This document shows, piece by piece, positions 1 to 8,712 of a stretch of 36,331 nt of DNA. The notes beneath the pieces were generated by a model, which saw only the letters and a program-made list of their open reading frames with translations, had not been told where the DNA came from and did no database searches. The DNA is from a virus. Its lineage: Duplodnaviria; Caudoviricetes. A program made the translations under genes and the position numbers. How positions within the stretch are numbered: the first letter of the stretch is position 1; each line of letters opens with the position of its first letter. The stretch spans positions 1-36,331 of the IMG/VR virus record IMGVR_UViG_3300025391_000326; one strand, 5' to 3'.

Positions 1-1
1 C

Positions 2-940
2 CGAACTCCTGCCGACGTACGAGACGTAATGATTGGCGGGGACAGTGGAATCCTCAACTGCTCGGAGCCTCACCCTCGCCCACTGCACGAGCCTTCCAAA
101 CGGCGGCTCGTCTGGCCCAATGGCGCAGAGGCGTTCACCTACTCTGCCCACACCCCTAGCCAACTCCGTGGCCCACAGCACGACGCTGCGTGGTGCGTGG
201 CAGAGGGCGAATGTGTTGTCACTCGCCGTGGTGAAATTCCAATTGAAGAAGTTGTTGTTGGGGATGTTGTCGCCACTCGTGATGGCTGGAAGCAAGTCCT
301 CGCAGCCACAATGACGAACCCCGACGCAGAGGTGCTGGAAATCCACACCGAGGCAGGGAACGTCTTGCGTTGCACCCCAAATCACCGCATCTGGGCAAAT
401 GGCGATTGGGCGGAGGCGCAAGTTCTGCGTAGTGGCGATGAGGTGGAAACCCAAGGCGGCGGGCAATATGTCTCCGCCGTATTGCGGAACGGGCAGAGAG
501 GCGCAGTCTACGACTTGACGGTTGAGGATTCTCACGAGTTTTTTGCTAGTGGAATCCTCGTTCATAACTGCGATGAGTTAGCCGCGTGGCGAGATGCGCC
601 CAAGGGCGATGTGTTGGATACTTCGTGGAACAACCTGATGCTGGGTCTGCGCCTTGGTGAAAATCCAAAGGTCCTCGTGACCACAACCCCGAAGCGTGTG
701 CGTCTCGTGCGGGAGTTAATGGAACGTCGAACCACGGTGGTCACCAACGGCTCCACCTACGACAACCTTGAAAACCTTGCTCCGTCATTCCGTGAATCAG
801 TCCTCACGGCCTATGAGGGTACCCGGATTGGAGAACAGGAACTGAAAGGTGTCCTGCTCCTAGACGTAGAGGGTGCGATGTGGACACAGGAGATGATTGA
901 ACAGGGCCGTGCGATTTGGAAAATCTTGGAGACAGTGTGA
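2..940 (+). CDS. terL: Terminase large subunit, N-terminal ATPase part (5'-truncated by the window; contains an intein)
   Basis: Frame is open from base 2 (RTPADVRDVMIGG...). Motifs LRGPQHDAAW|CDELAAW (Walker B once the intein is removed), LRLG..P..LVTTTPK, GSTYDNLENL and GTRIGEQEL.G are typical of actinophage TerL. Confidence 0.93.
   Translation, partial: RTPADVRDVMIGGDSGILNCSEPHPRPLHEPSKRRLVWPNGAEAFTYSAHTPSQLRGPQHDAAWCVAEGECVVTRRGEIPIEEVVVGDVVATRDGWKQVLAATMTNPDAEVLEIHTEAGNVLRCTPNHRIWANGDWAEAQVLRSGDEVETQGGGQYVSAVLRNGQRGAVYDLTVEDSHEFFASGILVHNCDELAAWRDAPKGDVLDTSWNNLMLGLRLGENPKVLVTTTPKRVRLVRELMERRTTVVTNGSTYDNLENLAPSFRESVLTAYEGTRIGEQELKGVLLLDVEGAMWTQEMIEQGRAIWKILETV
194..568 (+). other. Mini-intein, 125 aa, no homing endonuclease
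   Basis: Starts CVAEG (block A), has CTPNHRIW (block B TxxH), VYDLTVEDSHEFFASGILVHN (blocks F/G) and a +1 Cys. Removing it restores AAW-CDE. Confidence 0.95.
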
Positions 941-1569
941 TTGAAGTCAATCCGAGCGACTTCACCAAAATCGTCGTGGGGGTTGACCCTGCCGTGACAT
1001 CCGGGGAGAACGCCGACGAGACAGGCATCGTCGTAGTGGCTGCTGGCCCGCATCAGCCTGACACTTGCGTCGTGCGTCACTGCGAAGTCCACGGCTACGT
1101 TTTGGAAGATGCCAGCCTTCCAGCCGCGAATAAGAACTCCGTCGAACGCTGGGCGCAGCGAGTGGTGCGAGCCTACGACGAATGGAACGCCAACATCGTG
1201 GTCATCGAATCGAACCAAGGTCACGAACTCCTTGAATCCGTGATGCGTACCATCCGGCCAATGATGCCGATTAACCGACCCAATGCTCGCTACTCCAAGA
1301 AAGCACGAGCCGAACCCATTGTCGCTCTCTACGAGCAGGGCCGGATTCACCACGTTGGCCCACCGGAGCAATTTGCCGACCTAGAGGAACAGATGACAAC
1401 GTGGGTGCCACCGGCACCGGGTACTCGTGGCTCCACTTCACCTGACCGCGTGGATGCGCTCGTGTGGGCGTTGACGGAACTGAACCTTCAGGGCCGTCGC
1501 ATCGTTCCAAATATGGCCGGGGGGATTGCGCCAATCGGGTTTTTCCAAAACAACGACTGGCGACTGTAG
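937..1569 (+). CDS. terL: Terminase large subunit, C-terminal RNase H-like nuclease domain, as a separate ORF
   Basis: IVVGVDPAV, DETGIVV, IVVIESNQG, KKARAEPIVALYEQGRIHH, SPDRVDALVWAL. GTG at 937 overlaps the upstream TGA (GTGA) with GGAGA just before it; frame is open from 916. Confidence 0.9.
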   Translation: MIEVNPSDFTKIVVGVDPAVTSGENADETGIVVVAAGPHQPDTCVVRHCEVHGYVLEDASLPAANKNSVERWAQRVVRAYDEWNANIVVIESNQGHELLESVMRTIRPMMPINRPNARYSKKARAEPIVALYEQGRIHHVGPPEQFADLEEQMTTWVPPAPGTRGSTSPDRVDALVWALTELNLQGRRIVPNMAGGIAPIGFFQNNDWRL

Positions 1570-1584
1570 CCAGAAATGGCGAAA

Positions 1585-1618
1585 GGCACGGTAAGGGCCT
1601 ACCTTCCCCTACCGTGCC
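1585..1618. terminator. Hairpin between convergent genes, probable terminator
   Basis: GGCACGGTA (1585-1593) and TACCGTGCC (1610-1618) form an inverted repeat between the terL stop and the minus-strand operon stop. Confidence 0.55.
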
Positions 1619-1634
1619 AATCACCTCGTGGCTT

Positions 1635-1991
1635 CTAGGCCACAACCGTTGGCTCCGTTGCCGGTGCGTTCACGGTTGCCTTACGAACCAAGCCCGCGTA
1701 GCGGTAGGCCGTAGGTGCCGAGATGCTGAACTGCCGTGCCAACTGTGCGACAGGCGTTCCATCCAGCACTTGCTGGTTGAAGTTCGCCAAGCGCATACCG
1801 CGCAGAGCCGGAACCGGCCCAGCACGACGCGTTGTGGCCTTCGGCTGCGTTGCCTTCGGCTCGCTCACGGTGCCGGTTGCCGTCAGTGTGCTCAACACGC
1901 CTGCAACAGTCTTCGTCGCTCCGGCCTTGTCGTTCGACAGCACCTTGACGATGGCATCGCTCAACTGCGAAACAATCTTGTCCTTGTTCAT
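1635..1991 (-). CDS. Small protein with C-terminal helix-turn-helix
   Basis: ATG at 1991 with RBS AAGGAGG and ATGA overlap with the upstream gene. GTPVAQLARQFSISAPTAYRY looks like an HTH. Confidence 0.7.
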   Translation of the reverse strand: MNKDKIVSQLSDAIVKVLSNDKAGATKTVAGVLSTLTATGTVSEPKATQPKATTRRAGPVPALRGMRLANFNQQVLDGTPVAQLARQFSISAPTAYRYAGLVRKATVNAPATEPTVVA

Positions 1992-2338
1992 TGCTTTCCT
2001 CCTTTCGCAGAATCGGGGAAGTCGTATCCGTGCCAAGCCTGAGCGAACTGGAGCGATTCTTGGAGTACGTCCACTGGGGCTACTCCACTCACGCTCAGTT
2101 GCAGCAGGCCGAACTCGGCCAACTTCATTAGGAACATCTCGTCGGGCAGGTCATCGTCAATCAGCACTTGGTACTGCACGAAGACCCGGTAAGCGATTCC
2201 TCGCTTGGGGTACTTGTGGTCTTGCGGGTTGAACGAACGTTCACCAATCGTGGCGAGAATGTCGAACGCCGATGGAGCCTGAATGACTTCGTTGTTCCAA
2301 CGGATTGTCCACACTGGTTTTTCCGGGTAGGTCATCAC
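1988..2338 (-). CDS. Hypothetical protein in the amidoligase operon
   Basis: 116-aa ORF overlapping both neighbours by 4 nt. Confidence 0.7.
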   Translation of the reverse strand: MMTYPEKPVWTIRWNNEVIQAPSAFDILATIGERSFNPQDHKYPKRGIAYRVFVQYQVLIDDDLPDEMFLMKLAEFGLLQLSVSGVAPVDVLQESLQFAQAWHGYDFPDSAKGGKQ

Positions 2339-3072
2339 GATGCGATTGCCTTCACGCTAGAACCGATGCTCTCCAGTTCCAAGATTTCGCCCTTGCGGAT
2401 TCGCATATAGGTCATAGGGTCAACTTCCTCAACCCACTTCAGCCCGACACGAGCCTTCTCGCAAGCGGTCACGAGCAACGGCATCGTGGATGCGAAGAAC
2501 AGCGACCCGGCCTCGGTCTGGCCGATGACGAGTGGCGAGCCTTCCAAGCGAGCGAGGTGCAGGTCACGCTTGTCTCGTGCGTCGAACCACGCCAACGCTG
2601 CACGACCCTTGATAGATTCCAAGACCTCGGTAGGCCGGAACTTGGTCTGGTCAATGAGGGCGAACGCTGCTTCGCTGTCCACCTGACCCCTGCGCTCGGC
2701 ACCCCTGAGGTGGTCGAAGATTGCCTTGTCGTTGTTCAGCACCCCGTTGTGTACGCCGACGATTCGGCCACTGACGATGGGGTGGTTATTCAAGTTGTTT
2801 TGAGGGCTGCCCTGCGTGGCGTAGCGAGTGTGCAGGATGGCACGGTTTGTCTTCGGGGGCATCATCTCCAAGTAGGGGCCAAACGCTGTAGCAGGCACTG
2901 GAGCCTTGCTCACGGCAACCGTGGCCTTCTTGGTTTCCTTGTTGGACTGCACCCACGCTGCACCGGTGGCATCCGAGCCACGCTGGATGATTTGATTGAG
3001 CAGTTGCTGGCTCACGGTCTTGGCGTTCACCTGCTCGTCGGGACTGAGGCAGAAGCCTGCGATTCCGCACAT
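2335..3072 (-). CDS. Class II (Ntn) glutamine amidotransferase
   Basis: N-terminal MCGIAG nucleophile, RGSDATG, HTRYATQG, NNHP, HNG and VDSE motifs. Confidence 0.92.
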   Translation of the reverse strand: MCGIAGFCLSPDEQVNAKTVSQQLLNQIIQRGSDATGAAWVQSNKETKKATVAVSKAPVPATAFGPYLEMMPPKTNRAILHTRYATQGSPQNNLNNHPIVSGRIVGVHNGVLNNDKAIFDHLRGAERRGQVDSEAAFALIDQTKFRPTEVLESIKGRAALAWFDARDKRDLHLARLEGSPLVIGQTEAGSLFFASTMPLLVTACEKARVGLKWVEEVDPMTYMRIRKGEILELESIGSSVKAIAS

Positions 3073-3121
3073 ACGATTCTCGTTTCTGTTGGTAGGTTGT
3101 GTGTTGCTAGAGGACAGTATA

Positions 3122-3164
3122 GCAGGTTCTCAGTCCCATCGTGCAACTGAGACTGAGAACCTGC
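3122..3164. repeat. 14-bp perfect inverted repeat overlapping a minus-strand extended -10 element
   Basis: GCAGGTTCTCAGTC (3122-3135) and GACTGAGAACCTGC (3151-3164); minus-strand TGC-TATACT at 3124-3116. Confidence 0.75.
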
Positions 3165-3171
3165 AACTGGC

Positions 3172-4203
3172 TTACCGGTTCGCTGCGAGCCGGGTCGCTC
3201 GCCGGGTGAGGAAGCCCTTGGTGTCATTTGCCAAGGGGAGTGCCGTGAGCAACTCGTCAAGCGAGTTGTACTCGGTGGTGTCACCTGCTGCACCGGCTTC
3301 GACAACCGAGAACAGGAACTTGACCCACGAGGTCAACTTCTCGCCGTTGAGGGTGCCTTGGTGCTGACGGAACTCCACCGTGCCGTACTTGGCGTAGGCC
3401 GCGAGGTTCACCGTGACGAACCGGTCAAGTCGGCTGACGAGACGGTCAATCTCGGACTTGGTGGTAGCCATACGGATGTTGTCGTGGTACGAACGCTCGT
3501 AGTTCGGCACCGTGGTACGGCAGTAGCGGTTGGAGTGGCGTGAGCGAGACACGAGGTTGTTCACGTTCGACTGGTTCTTGGTGTAGAGGTCGAAGACGTT
3601 CATAATCTGCGCCCCGGACAAGCCATCCATCCCGACGTGAACGTGAACACCACACGTTGTGTTCTGCCGCGCACCGGCATCACGGAGTGCCGTGACTGCC
3701 TTGGCTGCCTGCTCCAAGCCAGCCTCGCCCCGGAGAATCGGGCTGACCAACTCCAAGCCTGCGCCTCGGCCAGTGCCGGTTGAGGTCACCGATGCGTCGG
3801 TCACAATCTTCCAGTCGCGGGAGACACGGTGCGTGTACCCCTCGTAGGAAGCCGTGATGCCAACAGCAGCGAGCGCAGTCACAGCGTCGCTGGGGGTGAT
3901 GCCGAAGAACTCAATCTCCAAGCCAAACGTGCGAGACGTGACGTTAGGATTGCGGTTCGTGGCAACAGCAGGGGTGGCAACGGTGCCGATGGCCTGTACG
4001 ACCTGTCCCTGTCGGGCGCGGGCTGCACGGCAGGCTTCCGATGCGCCCTGTGCTGCACGGTAGCCAAGTCGCTGTGCGATGGTGGCGTAGGAGTAGCCAG
4101 CCTCACGGAGGGCAAGCGCCCTGTCTTGACGATTGTGTGTCGCCGTGGTGTTGCGAGCAACGATGTTGCTCCGACGGTACTGCGTGGGTCGGTTGGTCGG
4201 CAT
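3172..4203 (-). CDS. Putative amidoligase (COOH-NH2 ligase, Amidoligase_2-like) with N-terminal HTH
   Basis: RTFGLEIEF, WKIVTDASV, LELVSPIL, TCGVHVHVG and GTVEFRQHQGT motifs. N-terminal ALALREAGYSYATIAQRLGY looks like an HTH. Confidence 0.88.
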   Translation of the reverse strand: MPTNRPTQYRRSNIVARNTTATHNRQDRALALREAGYSYATIAQRLGYRAAQGASEACRAARARQGQVVQAIGTVATPAVATNRNPNVTSRTFGLEIEFFGITPSDAVTALAAVGITASYEGYTHRVSRDWKIVTDASVTSTGTGRGAGLELVSPILRGEAGLEQAAKAVTALRDAGARQNTTCGVHVHVGMDGLSGAQIMNVFDLYTKNQSNVNNLVSRSRHSNRYCRTTVPNYERSYHDNIRMATTKSEIDRLVSRLDRFVTVNLAAYAKYGTVEFRQHQGTLNGEKLTSWVKFLFSVVEAGAAGDTTEYNSLDELLTALPLANDTKGFLTRRATRLAANR

Positions 4204-4247
4204 TTCTGCTCTCCTTGGTAGGTGGGATATCGGGTACTGCGAACCTA

Positions 4248-4276
4248 AGTCTGCCTAAGGTTTTTTGTCTTGTCAA
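4248..4276 (-). promoter_or_regulatory. Sigma70-type promoter for the amidoligase operon
   Basis: Minus strand TTGACA-17 nt-CAGACT with an A-tract upstream; TTAGG/TAGG flank the -10. Confidence 0.7.
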
Positions 4277-4321
4277 GGGGGTAAGCCAAATTTTTTTGAG
4301 AAATCTTTTCCGGGGTGTTAC

Positions 4322-4350
4322 TTGACTTTGTGACAACCCTTAGGCATACT
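4322..4350 (+). promoter_or_regulatory. Divergent sigma70-type promoter
   Basis: TTGACT-17 nt-CATACT with CCCTTAGG before the -10. Confidence 0.7.
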
Positions 4351-4452
4351 TACCCTGCAAGCCATTCACCCACGAGTGTGAGTGTGTGACTTGTGGACTA
4401 GACACCGGTAGAGTATCATACCGGTGTGACACCGACCAACCAAGGAGAACCA

Positions 4453-4653
4453 ATGACCACGAAGCGTCAACTGAAGAAAGAAGTGGCTCGCCTCACGGCT
4501 GCACTTGCAGCGTCTGAGCGTCAGCACACTTGGTGCGACTACCGAATCGTGCGCCTCACCAAGGTCATCAACCGCCTGTCCCCCGGATGGAGCGAGCGTG
4601 ACGAGGCCAGCGACATCACCTCATCCAACTACAACCACAAGGTGGCCCGATGA
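4453..4653 (+). CDS. Hypothetical protein
   Basis: RBS AAGGAG before the ATG; ATGA overlap with the next gene. Confidence 0.7.
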   Translation: MTTKRQLKKEVARLTAALAASERQHTWCDYRIVRLTKVINRLSPGWSERDEASDITSSNYNHKVAR

Positions 4654-4919
4654 CCGAGAACCAAGTCCCCGAACTGAACATCCTCCGCGAAGCGTCTGAG
4701 CGTCTGAGCGACATCGCATTGCCACCGGGTCGGACTTGGGTGTCCGACACCGCGGCGATGTACCTCTCAATGCACCTCGCCAAGATTGCCGACCTGCTCC
4801 CCACGCTCCTTGACGTGAATCGTCACAGTGAGGAAGAATGGGCTGAGTGGTACGCGGCTCGTGAGGCAGTGCAGGCTCTCGTTGAGGGTGACAGCACCCC
4901 ACTCCGGGTGGCGCAATGA
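4650..4919 (+). CDS. Hypothetical protein
   Basis: ATGA overlaps on both sides. Confidence 0.7.
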   Translation: MTENQVPELNILREASERLSDIALPPGRTWVSDTAAMYLSMHLAKIADLLPTLLDVNRHSEEEWAEWYAAREAVQALVEGDSTPLRVAQ

Positions 4920-5182
4920 CCGCGGCCAAGCACGCTCGTCGGCCAAAGCACGCTCGTCGGCTCCGGCTTCGATGGAAGCCGTGGGCCAAGTGGCTTCACC
5001 TCTGCTCGTTCCTCTGGGCGACCCTGTTCGTATCCGTGGCCACTGTCCGGCTCCACACCACCACGTTCGCTGGCCAGTTGTTCCTGTCGGCATTTTGGAT
5101 TGTCGTGGTCTACGCCGTGGTCGCTCTCGTCTTCGGCATCCTCATCAGCACGATGGAGAAGTACGACGAGGAATCAAAGTAG
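4916..5182 (+). CDS. Small membrane protein, two predicted TM helices
   Basis: Basic N-terminus followed by two hydrophobic segments. Confidence 0.65.
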   Translation: MTAAKHARRPKHARRLRLRWKPWAKWLHLCSFLWATLFVSVATVRLHTTTFAGQLFLSAFWIVVVYAVVALVFGILISTMEKYDEESK

Positions 5183-5191
5183 GTTGGGCGT

Positions 5192-5419
5192 ATGCGATAT
5201 TGCGTCAGAGCGAAACACGGCAAGCGGTCACGAACGTTCTACGTTGACGCTGCGTCAATAGGTCAAGCCAAGGCCGACGCTAGCCATCTGATTGTTCACC
5301 ACTACCGCAACACCAAGGGCTACACCGGCGAGGTCTGGCAGCGCGGCACGGTGACCATCGTGGACTACTACGGCACGAAGCACGAGGTCGAAACACCCCC
5401 GCACTTGTTCGTGGTCTAG
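5192..5419 (+). CDS. Hypothetical protein
   Basis: 75-aa ORF continuing the operon and converging on the glycosyltransferase. Confidence 0.6.
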   Translation: MRYCVRAKHGKRSRTFYVDAASIGQAKADASHLIVHHYRNTKGYTGEVWQRGTVTIVDYYGTKHEVETPPHLFVV

Positions 5420-6663
5420 CGAACCTTCTTCGGGGTCACCCGGCCATTAGAGACTTGCTTGGCAGCAGGGGGCAATGCCTTCTGCTGCTTCGCCGCGTTC
5501 TGAGCATCTTGCTGCTGCTGGAGCAACTGCTGTTGCTGGGCCTTCCAAACTTCAAAGTTCTGACGGTTCTGCTGGATGGCTTGGTGATACATCGTGAGGT
5601 TCTTGCACAAGCGCATCCACTCGCTCGGTGGGGCTTCACGCAGGCAACGCTCGGTGGCTTCGACGGCTTCTTCCAGCAGTCCCATATTCCCGTAGCAAAT
5701 GGACAGCCTGTCCCAAGGCAGCCAAGTGTAGGCAGTCTCAATGACGAAGCCTTCCATTGGTCGCTTCATCCCAATCACCGCACGATAGAACGGCACTGCG
5801 CCATCCCAACGCTGGGCCTCGTAGGAAATGTCCCCTAGGGCAACGTAGGCTTCAGCACGGATAGGCGTGAACTGCATTGCCTTGAAGTAGCAGTCAACGG
5901 CCTTTTCCAAACCACCCTTGGTGCGCTCAGGGTCACCCTGTCGGTAGCAGTTGGCTTGCGAAACCAAAGCGTCGTAGTACTCCCAAGTGAAATGGTTCAG
6001 GCTCAGGAAGTGGTCGTAGGCTTCGATGGCCTCATCCCAACGCTTATGGTCACGAAGTTCGTTGGCGTAGTAGTAGGCAGTGCGTGGTGAATCATCGCCC
6101 TTATCCAAAAGTCCACGCAGAATCTTGATGTTGCGCTCCGTCGGAGTGTTGTTCATCGCCAACGGGTCATCCACCCACGCATCGGCCCAAATCAAAGCGT
6201 TCTCGTTGGAACGGTCTAGGTATTCGTGAACAGCACCAATCCACTTGGTCTTGACCGAGGCTCGCCAGAAACGGGGCGTGTTGAACTTGAACACCACAAC
6301 GCCTTCGTCAGTGATGCCCCGGTTGATGTTGCACCAAACGAAGTCCACTTCCTTATTGGTCTTCAGTTGCATCTTCAGGTTCTTGAACCCTTCGATGGCC
6401 TGTGGTGGAATCACGTCGCCGCAGTCCAGCCAAATCAACCAATCGCCCGTGGCGTGACGGATGGCCTCGTTGCGGGCTGCACTGAAATCGTCAATCCAGT
6501 CAAAGTGGAAGACCTTGGCTCCGTAGGACTTGGCAATTTCGACGGTCTTGTCGGTAGAACCAGTGTCCACGACAATCATTTCGTCACAAATTTCCTTGGC
6601 ACACACCAGCGTCTGGGCGATGTGTTCCTCGCCGTTCTTGACAATCATCGTGAGCGACAACAT
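5416..6663 (-). CDS. Family 2 glycosyltransferase with TPR repeats
   Basis: LSLTMIVKN, VVDTGSTDKT, DDFSAARN, WLDCGD (DxD-like) and VHE motifs; C-terminal TPR-like helices and a Gln-rich tail. Confidence 0.9.
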   Translation of the reverse strand: MLSLTMIVKNGEEHIAQTLVCAKEICDEMIVVDTGSTDKTVEIAKSYGAKVFHFDWIDDFSAARNEAIRHATGDWLIWLDCGDVIPPQAIEGFKNLKMQLKTNKEVDFVWCNINRGITDEGVVVFKFNTPRFWRASVKTKWIGAVHEYLDRSNENALIWADAWVDDPLAMNNTPTERNIKILRGLLDKGDDSPRTAYYYANELRDHKRWDEAIEAYDHFLSLNHFTWEYYDALVSQANCYRQGDPERTKGGLEKAVDCYFKAMQFTPIRAEAYVALGDISYEAQRWDGAVPFYRAVIGMKRPMEGFVIETAYTWLPWDRLSICYGNMGLLEEAVEATERCLREAPPSEWMRLCKNLTMYHQAIQQNRQNFEVWKAQQQQLLQQQQDAQNAAKQQKALPPAAKQVSNGRVTPKKVR

Positions 6664-6745
6664 AGTGAAATCCCTTTCCTACGGGTTATGACTTGACGCA
6701 GCGTACTGCGTTTTGGAACCCTGCGCTCGGATGCTGGAACGGGAC

Positions 6746-6774
6746 TTGACTTCCGAAACCACCTAAGGTACACT
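6746..6774 (+). promoter_or_regulatory. Sigma70-type promoter, leaderless transcript
   Basis: TTGACT-17 nt-TACACT, then 6 nt to the ATG at 6781; no SD. Confidence 0.75.
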
Positions 6775-6780
6775 GAAGGT

Positions 6781-7515
6781 ATGACAAACAAGACAAAAGT
6801 GCTGCTTGCCGGGGATTTGCACGGCAATCCGCACGCTCTCCAACAAGTTTTCTCCAAGGCCCACTATGGGGATTGCTCTGCCATTATCCAAGTGGGCGAC
6901 TACGGCTACGGCTGGTCAATTGGCCCGGATGGGCTGTGTGACTTCTCGGCGTTAACTGCCGAGATGGTTCAGCAGACCGGTGTGCCGTTCTACTGGCTAG
7001 ACGGAAACCACGAGAACTTCGATATGTTGTTCGACCTTGACCAAGACGAGAACGGTCACGTCCCCATTGCCGATGGGGTCACCTACCTGTCTCGTGGCTC
7101 TAACCTCGTGATTGGCGACACCACTTTCCGTGCCTTCGGTGGGGCGTATTCGGTGGACATCAAGTATCGCAAGCCACACGTCTCGTGGTGGCCTCAGGAG
7201 ATGGTCACTGACGAAGATGTTGCTCGGTCAATCAGCAACGGCCCTGCCGATATCTTCCTCAGCCACGATGCGCCGACTGGCGTTCAGGAGACTGCTGGCC
7301 TTCGACGCAAGTTGAGCCAGTGGGGGCCTCAGGCTGCCGAGAAGTCCATTGAGAACCAGAACCGGGTTCGGGCTGCTTTGGATGCCTGTGGAGCGCACAC
7401 GGCGTACCACGGCCACCTTCACCAGTTCTACACTTGCACGTTGGATTCAGGAACCGTGGTCAACGGCCTGAACCGGGACAACGACACCGGCAACTTCGTC
7501 ACCATCGAGGTTTAA
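6781..7515 (+). CDS. Calcineurin-like metallophosphoesterase
   Basis: GDLHG, VGDYG, DGNHE, SHDAP and HGHLH motifs. Confidence 0.92.
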   Translation: MTNKTKVLLAGDLHGNPHALQQVFSKAHYGDCSAIIQVGDYGYGWSIGPDGLCDFSALTAEMVQQTGVPFYWLDGNHENFDMLFDLDQDENGHVPIADGVTYLSRGSNLVIGDTTFRAFGGAYSVDIKYRKPHVSWWPQEMVTDEDVARSISNGPADIFLSHDAPTGVQETAGLRRKLSQWGPQAAEKSIENQNRVRAALDACGAHTAYHGHLHQFYTCTLDSGTVVNGLNRDNDTGNFVTIEV

Positions 7516-7558
7516 TCCCCCCACCCACGTCGCTGACTAGGGGTGTAGTCTTACCCCT

Positions 7559-7792
7559 ATGACGAGATACGAAGTAGTGGTAGAAACCGAGCCACCGACT
7601 ACGGCCTATTGCAGTTCAGGCCAAGAAGTCCGTGGATACGTTGAGCGCAAGTTCCCCTTCTACTTTTGGATGCAGTCCAACGGAACCTTCACCAAAGAGG
7701 TTCCGTTGGTTGTGTCCGACGAGTTGGAATTGCGTGGCTTCGATGAAAACGACGAGCATTACGTCTCGGTGAGGGTGAGGAAGTTGTCGTGA
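7559..7792 (+). CDS. Hypothetical protein
   Basis: TG-TAGTCT -10-like element 7 nt upstream; GTGA overlap with the next gene. Confidence 0.6.
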   Translation: MTRYEVVVETEPPTTAYCSSGQEVRGYVERKFPFYFWMQSNGTFTKEVPLVVSDELELRGFDENDEHYVSVRVRKLS

Positions 7793-7998
7793 AAGTGCTG
7801 GAATTTTTTGTCTTGGCAATTTTCCTTTTGGTTTTCATTGCCTTTGGCTTGACGGTCATCTTCGGCCCACTGGTCGTATTCATCGTCTTCGGCTGGAAGC
7901 CTGCCATCGGCGCGCTCTGCTACTCGCTGGCACTTGGTGGAACGTTGCAAATTTTCTTTGGGATTGCAAACTCAAAGAACGCATCTACGTCAAAGTGA
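7789..7998 (+). CDS. Small membrane protein
   Basis: Highly hydrophobic 69-aa ORF with 4-nt overlaps. Confidence 0.65.
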   Translation: MKVLEFFVLAIFLLVFIAFGLTVIFGPLVVFIVFGWKPAIGALCYSLALGGTLQIFFGIANSKNASTSK

Positions 7999-8498
7999 CC
8001 CACGATGCGGTGGTGAAAATTATGGCTGGCCTCGTGAGGACTGCCCAACAATCGCCAGACCCATCAACCCAAAACGCAGCAGTGCTGGTAAGGGGCTTGT
8101 CCCTCATCCCACAGACATTGGCCGTCAACGAGTTCCCGGCTGGGGTGGAATACTTCGACAAACGCTGGGTACGACCTACCAAGTACGCCTTTGTCGAACA
8201 CGCCGAGCGCAACTCCATCTACGCGGCTGCTAGAAACGGCCTGAAGACCGAGGGCCTGACGATGGTGGCTGTCTGGGCAGCCTGCGCCGACTGCGCTAGG
8301 GCGATTGCTCAGGCAGGCATCAGCAGACTTGTGCGCTACACGAGCCAATCTGACCATCTGCACTGGGAAGAAAGCACCTTGCTGGCCGACCTCATCTTGT
8401 CCGAGGCAGGCGTTGACGTAATCACCTTGACCGAGCCGATTGACGGCTGCGAACCAATTCTTCGCAACGGGGAGCCGTGGTTTCCAAATGGCGAATGA
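7995..8498 (+). CDS. dCMP deaminase (cytidine deaminase fold)
   Basis: SPDPSTQNAA, HAERNSI and ACADCARAIAQAGI zinc-binding motifs. Confidence 0.9.
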   Translation: MTHDAVVKIMAGLVRTAQQSPDPSTQNAAVLVRGLSLIPQTLAVNEFPAGVEYFDKRWVRPTKYAFVEHAERNSIYAAARNGLKTEGLTMVAVWAACADCARAIAQAGISRLVRYTSQSDHLHWEESTLLADLILSEAGVDVITLTEPIDGCEPILRNGEPWFPNGE

Positions 8499-8712
8499 AG
8501 AAGAAGACGCAGTTCGCAGTGAAATCCTTAAAGAGTTCTCGGTTATGGACATCTGGCTTGGCGTAGACCAGTTCGCCAAGGTTCGCCTCAATATGACGGG
8601 GCTGGAATTCGTTCGTCTCGTTCGCAGTGGCGAAAGTGTCGCCCACCTGCACGAACACGCACAAGAAGTAGCCGATTTGGTAGCGTTGTTGCCGCCCGAC
8701 GAGGAAGAATGA
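8488..8712 (+). CDS. Hypothetical acidic protein
   Basis: ATG at 8488; packed in the operon. Confidence 0.6.
   Translation: MANEEEDAVRSEILKEFSVMDIWLGVDQFAKVRLNMTGLEFVRLVRSGESVAHLHEHAQEVADLVALLPPDEEE

Noticed and set aside
4928-4961. Tandem 16-nt repeat AAGCACGCTCGTCGGC
   Set aside because: Only two copies, encoding KHARR twice in frame; a local duplication with no further structure.
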